DNA of 64,000 nucleotides, from positions 6,589-70,588 of IMG/VR virus record IMGVR_UViG_3300042261_001430; one strand, given 5' to 3'. Origin of the DNA: a virus. Shown here one piece after another: positions 58,973 through 64,000 of this stretch. Every line of letters begins with the position of its first letter. The stretch's first letter is position 1. The translations under genes and the position numbers were made by a program. Below the pieces are notes generated by a model. The model searched no databases, had not been told where the DNA came from, and saw nothing but the letters and a program-made list of their open reading frames with translations.

Positions 58973-60487
58973 ATGTCAGGCATTAAAAAACGATATATAA
59001 CAAGATTTATTAAAATGAATTATAAATGCCCTTTTGATGGGTCGGATTTTTCGTGCGATGGACAGGGAAAAGGGAATGCCTCGATGGGAAAGGGAACAAT
59101 GATTGAAGGATCAAATTTTGAACATGATGGAAGGGTGAGTGCCGGTTTTCAGGGTTCTGATGGTTCATATTATGTAGCTGGAATCGATAAAAAATCGAAT
59201 AAGAAGAAAGTCTATAGAATTAAGCCGAGCGGTGATCCGGCAGTTGATTCTGATGTTGCCAGATCATTCGCGGCTAAATTCGCAACTAAAAACGATGATC
59301 TTGATGGCGGTTATGATAAACTAGAAGAAATAAAGCAAAATAATAGAGGAGATGAAAACATTAATCGTAAGAATAATATAAAGAAAGTTGAACTTGTAGA
59401 ATTGGTTCAGAAAGCATTTGAGATGCATTTAAATGCTAGGTGTAAGGTGTCAGAGCAGCAAGGAACTGGTCCGGGAAGTTGTGGTGGCAAGGTTGCTGGT
59501 GAATCAGGAAAGGACTCGTTTGGTGCCGCAGTAGACAGGGCACAGTCCAAGGTAAAGTCCTTAGATGAGCGGGCAGCCGAGCATGGTAAACGTGTATTAG
59601 GAGATCTTGCCGACAGGTTTTCGAAAGCGGATAAAGCACTAAAAGATTTTAAAAAGTCAAAAGCAAATCTTGAATCCCCAAGAAACAAGGCTAAAATAAA
59701 GGAGCTTACAAAGGCCCGTGATAGCATTGGTAACCAGATGGACAGGATTCAAAAATCAGTGGATAAACTTGGCGGAAAAAAGGTCGTCGATGAGGGAATG
59801 AAACGAGCACCTGAGCGCGAGGCCGCAAGAGAGGTCAAGAAAAATGATCCAGCTAATAAGTTAAAGGGGTTGAGAGATACAATATTTAGGACTGGGAACT
59901 GGGAAGGAAATGAAGGAATGAGAGATGCGATGCTAAAAGAAGCTAATGCTGTGCTAGAAAATCCATCTTCTTCTGGAAAAGACTATAATAATGCATTAAA
60001 ACAGCTACGAGATAGGTTTAATGATCCTGCCACGAAGGCTAATTACTTCTCTTCAACGCCCAAAGACTCAAAAGCAAAATCCGTTGATGAAGAGGGTATG
60101 AAGACCCGCGAAGAGGAGAACAAGAAGGCCGCGACCAAAACAACCGCCGAAAAGAACTATGTTCATAAAGAATTTAACACAACAACAGCAAGTATCAAAG
60201 AATTGAACAATTTGGTTGGAAAGGTCTCTGATATGTATACGGAGAGTGGCAGTCCTGACGAGTTTGCATCAAAGGTTAGGGAAACTCTTGGAAAGGTTCC
60301 TATGATGGTTTATCTAGTAGCCGAAGATATGAATGGTCGGGGATTGACCAAAGCGTTGGAAGACTACGACCTTTTGGACAATGATGATTCTAAGGTATAT
60401 GATAAATTCGACAAAATTAATAACGCGGCATTTAAAAAGGATATCGAGTGGAAAGTAAATTCTGATGCTACTGCTGTATTTTCTTAA
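58973..60487 (+). CDS. Lys-rich hypothetical protein, possibly virion-associated
   Basis: Two [LM]NxxC...SCxG motifs. Confidence 0.6.
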   Translation: MSGIKKRYITRFIKMNYKCPFDGSDFSCDGQGKGNASMGKGTMIEGSNFEHDGRVSAGFQGSDGSYYVAGIDKKSNKKKVYRIKPSGDPAVDSDVARSFAAKFATKNDDLDGGYDKLEEIKQNNRGDENINRKNNIKKVELVELVQKAFEMHLNARCKVSEQQGTGPGSCGGKVAGESGKDSFGAAVDRAQSKVKSLDERAAEHGKRVLGDLADRFSKADKALKDFKKSKANLESPRNKAKIKELTKARDSIGNQMDRIQKSVDKLGGKKVVDEGMKRAPEREAAREVKKNDPANKLKGLRDTIFRTGNWEGNEGMRDAMLKEANAVLENPSSSGKDYNNALKQLRDRFNDPATKANYFSSTPKDSKAKSVDEEGMKTREEENKKAATKTTAEKNYVHKEFNTTTASIKELNNLVGKVSDMYTESGSPDEFASKVRETLGKVPMMVYLVAEDMNGRGLTKALEDYDLLDNDDSKVYDKFDKINNAAFKKDIEWKVNSDATAVFS

Positions 60488-60713
60488 CGAAACCTTTTTA
60501 TAGTATGTAAGTTGTTGGATAATCATGCGTTTATCCAACAATCTTTTTTGTTGTGATTTCAATGAGACGTTGTGAACGCTGTAATTCTAGAGTTCTGAAA
60601 GGAGAAATGTTATGTGCTGCTTGTCAGGACGATAATATCACGAAACGATATAGGAAGAGCTACAAAGGGAAATATGATGAGGATGATTATGTTCAGGAGT
60701 GTTATGATTTTTT

Positions 60714-61013
60714 ATGAGGAAAATGATTAGTGTTTTGCTCGCGGCATTGTTCGCGATGATTATGTCCGGATCTGCACAGGAAGAAGCAGACTGGTTAGGC
60801 GTTGGAGATATAACATATAGTGGTAGCTATAATCATTATTATCAGCATGGTGATATTGGATTTACATATACTTATCCATACGAGTATAGATATTTCTATA
60901 GTTATGATCCTTGGTGGACGGTAAATGTACATGGTATAAAACATTATAACTATTATTATAGTAGTTATGGATATCCAATGGTGTTTTATTATGGTGGAAC
61001 ATATTTTAGATGA
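60714..61013 (+). CDS. secreted Tyr-rich small protein
   Basis: Signal peptide MRKMISVLLAALFAMIMSGSA. Confidence 0.6.
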   Translation: MRKMISVLLAALFAMIMSGSAQEEADWLGVGDITYSGSYNHYYQHGDIGFTYTYPYEYRYFYSYDPWWTVNVHGIKHYNYYYSSYGYPMVFYYGGTYFR

Positions 61014-61023
61014 GGTATATTAA

Positions 61024-61293
61024 ATGAGAAAGATATTTGCGTTATTTGTTGTCGCGGCTTTTCTGTTTGTTGGATCGGCATTCGCGACGGAACCGTTTGT
61101 TCAATTGAACCATACTGAATATCACAATTTGATCGATTTGGAGAAGGTATCTCCTGATGTGTTTGATCATCTAACAGCGGACTCTTGGTTTTTTAACAAA
61201 ACCACAGATGGCCTCGATGGTACCGTGTTCAATGGTTTAGAAAATGATGTATCAGCGGATATGCTAAAGTGGCTACGAAGCAATGATTATTGA
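61024..61293 (+). CDS. secreted small protein
   Basis: Signal peptide MRKIFALFVVAAFLFVGSAFA. Confidence 0.6.
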   Translation: MRKIFALFVVAAFLFVGSAFATEPFVQLNHTEYHNLIDLEKVSPDVFDHLTADSWFFNKTTDGLDGTVFNGLENDVSADMLKWLRSNDY

Positions 61294-61434
61294 TGGCATT
61301 TTTTATGCCTTCGCGCACTCATGATCACTAGCAAATCCAAGTTGATGTATCGTGGACCGATATACTTAAATATTGGTAAGATATAGTAAGGGTTGTGTGC
61401 GTGCAAAGATGCGCGCGCACAACTCTAAAAATTT

Positions 61435-61516
61435 GGCAGCTTACCCAATTGGATACGGGAAGAGACTTAAGATCTCTCGCAGTAGTGCTTAAGGAGTTCG
61501 ATTCTCCTAGCTGCCA
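61435..61516 (+). tRNA. tRNA-Leu(UAA)
   Basis: GGCAGCT/AGCTGCC+A, anticodon arm AGAGA-CTTAAGA-TCTCT, long variable arm, T arm AGGAG-TTCGATT-CTCCT; CCA not encoded. Confidence 0.92.
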
Positions 61517-61646
61517 TCCCTGCAAAGCTGGAAAACGTGCAGGAAAATCCTTAAATACTAAAAGTGTATTATAAGGGATTGTGCGATGTTCAAATTCGCA
61601 ATGGTATCACGAAACGAGTGTTAGTTATCGAAAAGAGGTGTATATC

Positions 61647-62351
61647 ATGGCAGTGGATTTACAAAAGGGAGCAAAGATTTCCCTTACGAAGGGAAATGAC
61701 GGAATCCAGAACGTTAGGGCTGGATTGAAGTGGGAAAGCAGGTGTGATGTTGATGCATCAATTATCATGCTTGATGGAGACAAGAAGATGAAGGAGATTG
61801 TCTATTTCGGGAAAAAGACTTCATCGGATGGGGCAATTTTCCACCGTGGTGACGATACTACAGGAAGTAATATTCAGGGTGTCGATGGTGATAATGAGAA
61901 CATCGATATCAAGTTGAATATGATCCGTTCTGACGTTCAAGAGCTATTGGTTGTTGCCAATATTTATAATGGTCCTAGCCGTGGTCAGGACTTCTCAAAC
62001 CTAGAACATGTTAGGATCAGAATGACCGACTTGGACAAGAAGAATGTGCTTGCCACATACGATCTAGCCGGAAGGAAGGGTATTAATGCCGCTGTTGTAG
62101 CTAGAATCTATAGACGGCCAAACGGTGCTTGGAATCTTGAGGCAGTTGGTGAGGAGTACAATCTCGCAAATGGTCGCCTTGGGGATCTAACCAAGAAGTA
62201 TGAGGGTGGATCTGTGAACGAGTCCCGTGCGCAAACATCTCCTGCTAACGATTCAAGACAGGCGGTAAGGTCACAGCAACAAACCAGTGGCGGGTTCTTG
62301 GGTTCAATCGTATCAGGTGTAAGGGAAATAAGAGATATATTCTCTAGGTAA
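61647..62351 (+). CDS. TerD-family protein
   Basis: LQKGAKISL, GLKW, DVDAS, HRGDDTTG, DNENI, GQDF, WNLEAVG. Confidence 0.88.
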   Translation: MAVDLQKGAKISLTKGNDGIQNVRAGLKWESRCDVDASIIMLDGDKKMKEIVYFGKKTSSDGAIFHRGDDTTGSNIQGVDGDNENIDIKLNMIRSDVQELLVVANIYNGPSRGQDFSNLEHVRIRMTDLDKKNVLATYDLAGRKGINAAVVARIYRRPNGAWNLEAVGEEYNLANGRLGDLTKKYEGGSVNESRAQTSPANDSRQAVRSQQQTSGGFLGSIVSGVREIRDIFSR

Positions 62352-62366
62352 ATGAGGTGATAAAAA

Positions 62367-62945
62367 ATGGTCGTAAATTTGCTTAAGGGTGGAAATGTAT
62401 CGCTTGAGAAGACTGCTCCTGGAGTCAAAAAGTTTGGTGTGGGCCTTGGATGGGACGCGAGATCAACTGATGGTAAGCCATTCGATCTTGATGCCTCTGT
62501 TTTCGTCTTAAAGGGAGGCAAGGTTCGCGGTGATGAGGACTTTGTGTTCTACAACAACTTGCAGCACGTCTCTGGTGCTGTGATTCACAAGGGAGACAAT
62601 CGCACTGGCGATGGTGATGGCGATGATGAGACCATTGACGTTGATCTGTCCAAAATGCCTGCCGATGTAGATGAGATTGCGATTGTAGTAACTATTGATC
62701 AGGCGGTTGATCGTGGTCAGAACTTTGGCCAAGTATCCAATTCAGTAGTTAGGGTATATGATCAAGCAAACCCAAGTGTCAATCTCGTGATGTATGAGCT
62801 TGGTGAGGACTTCTCAACTGAGACTGCTATAATCGTCGGTAAGATTTACCGCAAGAACGGCGGAGAGTGGAAGTTTGGTGCGGTCGGTCAGGGATTTGCT
62901 GGCGGGCTGGGACCATTGGCTGCGAACTACGGTGTGAGTGTATAA
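62367..62945 (+). CDS. terD: TerD/TerE-family protein
   Basis: GLGWD..FDLDAS..FVFYNN..GDNRTGDGDGDDE..QNFGQV..EDFSTETA..WKFGAVGQG. Confidence 0.95.
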   Translation: MVVNLLKGGNVSLEKTAPGVKKFGVGLGWDARSTDGKPFDLDASVFVLKGGKVRGDEDFVFYNNLQHVSGAVIHKGDNRTGDGDGDDETIDVDLSKMPADVDEIAIVVTIDQAVDRGQNFGQVSNSVVRVYDQANPSVNLVMYELGEDFSTETAIIVGKIYRKNGGEWKFGAVGQGFAGGLGPLAANYGVSV

Positions 62946-62977
62946 ATCACTCACTCAAAATTTTGGAGAGATAAAAT

Positions 62978-63595
62978 ATGTCGGTCATTTCGTTGGATAA
63001 AGGCGAAAAGGTCAACCTTACGAAGGGAAACAGTAAGTTGACTGAGGTTGTAGTTGAGTTAGGTTGGACTGCACAGACAAGAAAGGGTCAGCCCGATTTC
63101 GATTTGGATGCATCTATTATTGCCCTTGGAGCAGATGGAATGATTTACGATCCAAAGGAACTGGAAAGAAGAACTTATAGAAATTTCGTGTTCTATAACA
63201 ACCAAGTAAATGAGGATGCCTCGATTGAGTCATTGTCTGGTGACAACCTAACCGGTGATACTGAAGGTGGGGTATGTGAGACCATCGCAGTCAGGTTTGA
63301 TAAGCTGAATAAGGTTCCTGCCATTAAGGAGCTTGTCGTTGTCGTTACAATCCATGATTATCAGACAAGAAAGCAGAACTTTGGACAGGTAACATCCAGC
63401 TTTGTGCAAATTCGTGATCCCGTTAGTGGAAACGTGTTAGTAAGACATGATCCTACTGAGGATTACAGTACAAGTACTGCTCTTATCATGGCAAGACTAT
63501 ATAAACAGGGTCAAGATTGGAAGATTGAAGCCATCGGTCAGGGTATCGAGGGTGGATTGAAGGGTATTTGTATCAAGTACGGAATACCAGTGTAA
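62978..63595 (+). CDS. TerD-family protein
   Basis: LGW..FDLDAS..FVFYNN..GDNLTG..QNFGQV..EDYS..WKIEAIGQG. Confidence 0.92.
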   Translation: MSVISLDKGEKVNLTKGNSKLTEVVVELGWTAQTRKGQPDFDLDASIIALGADGMIYDPKELERRTYRNFVFYNNQVNEDASIESLSGDNLTGDTEGGVCETIAVRFDKLNKVPAIKELVVVVTIHDYQTRKQNFGQVTSSFVQIRDPVSGNVLVRHDPTEDYSTSTALIMARLYKQGQDWKIEAIGQGIEGGLKGICIKYGIPV

Positions 63596-63617
63596 ATAAA
63601 TATAGCATAGGATTCAC

Positions 63618-64000
63618 ATGTCTGAATTACTTGCACAGTTGATAGAGCCGTTCATGGTATTCACATGGACAGCTCTTGTTACCACTTTATCAAATCCAGC
63701 AAACTATGCAATAATATTTGGATTGGTAATTAGTGAAGGGTTGTTAAGTGCGGACAATGCGATAGTGCTTGCTGTGTTAGTAAGGCACTTGCCTGATAGT
63801 CCGGAGAAGTCTTGGTTTAATCCAAGAAAAACGAATATAGGTGTTATCGATAGGATACAATGGGCAATTCATGGACACCTCGAATTATCCCAACGACAGA
63901 AAGCTCTGTTCTATGGTATAGTCGGAGCTTGGGGATTCCGAATATTAGCAATCGCGATATCGGTTTATTTGATGCAGACAGAATGGATTCAAATTGTGGG
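63618..64000 (+). CDS. terC: TerC-family membrane protein (runs off the window end)
   Basis: Not in the track; translates to ...EGLLSADNAIVLAVLVRHLP...QRQKALFYGIVGAWGFR. Confidence 0.9.
   Translation, partial: MSELLAQLIEPFMVFTWTALVTTLSNPANYAIIFGLVISEGLLSADNAIVLAVLVRHLPDSPEKSWFNPRKTNIGVIDRIQWAIHGHLELSQRQKALFYGIVGAWGFRILAIAISVYLMQTEWIQIV

Noticed and set aside
61328-61525. 65-aa minus-strand ORF
   Set aside because: Antisense to tRNA-Leu.
61581-61646. yybP-ykoY (Mn) riboswitch before the ter genes
   Set aside because: Only a small 5' hairpin is visible; the conserved riboswitch core was not recognised.
1-64000. Stop-codon recoding (TAG as pyrrolysine, or TGA)
   Set aside because: Conserved genes are intact in the standard code, and TAG/TGA end genes at expected lengths. 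Only one internal stop (TAA) was seen.

Overview
This window is almost certainly part of a large dsDNA virus (or virus-like element) of an anaerobic archaeon, probably a methanogen. Genes are densely packed and nearly all on the + strand, with archaeal BRE/TATA promoters (CGAAA..TTTATA/TTAAATA), GGTGA ribosome-binding sites and oligo-T terminators. It encodes a replication set (family B DNA polymerase, PCNA-like clamp, RFC-like clamp loader, D5/P4-type SF3 helicase, XPD/DinG helicase, ERCC4 nuclease), nucleotide metabolism (NrdD/NrdG, dUTPase, ThyA, dNK) and stress or counter-defence genes (macrodomain, NADAR, HD hydrolase, PspA, TerD x3, TerC). It also carries a large RNA-repair arsenal: RlaP-like NTase, RtcB, bacterial-type CCA/HD enzyme, DHH, DRB0094-type RNA ligase and Ro60/TROVE. 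The most striking feature lies upstream of the Ro60 gene (41.8-43.05 kb): five non-coding RNAs share a 24-nt motif and a covarying 8-bp helix. Two are simple Y-RNA-like stems. Three are tRNA bodies with free acceptor ends and the putative Ro-binding module inserted internally, i.e. circularly permuted relative to bacterial YrlA RNAs. All calls are by eye from motifs; no database searches were run.
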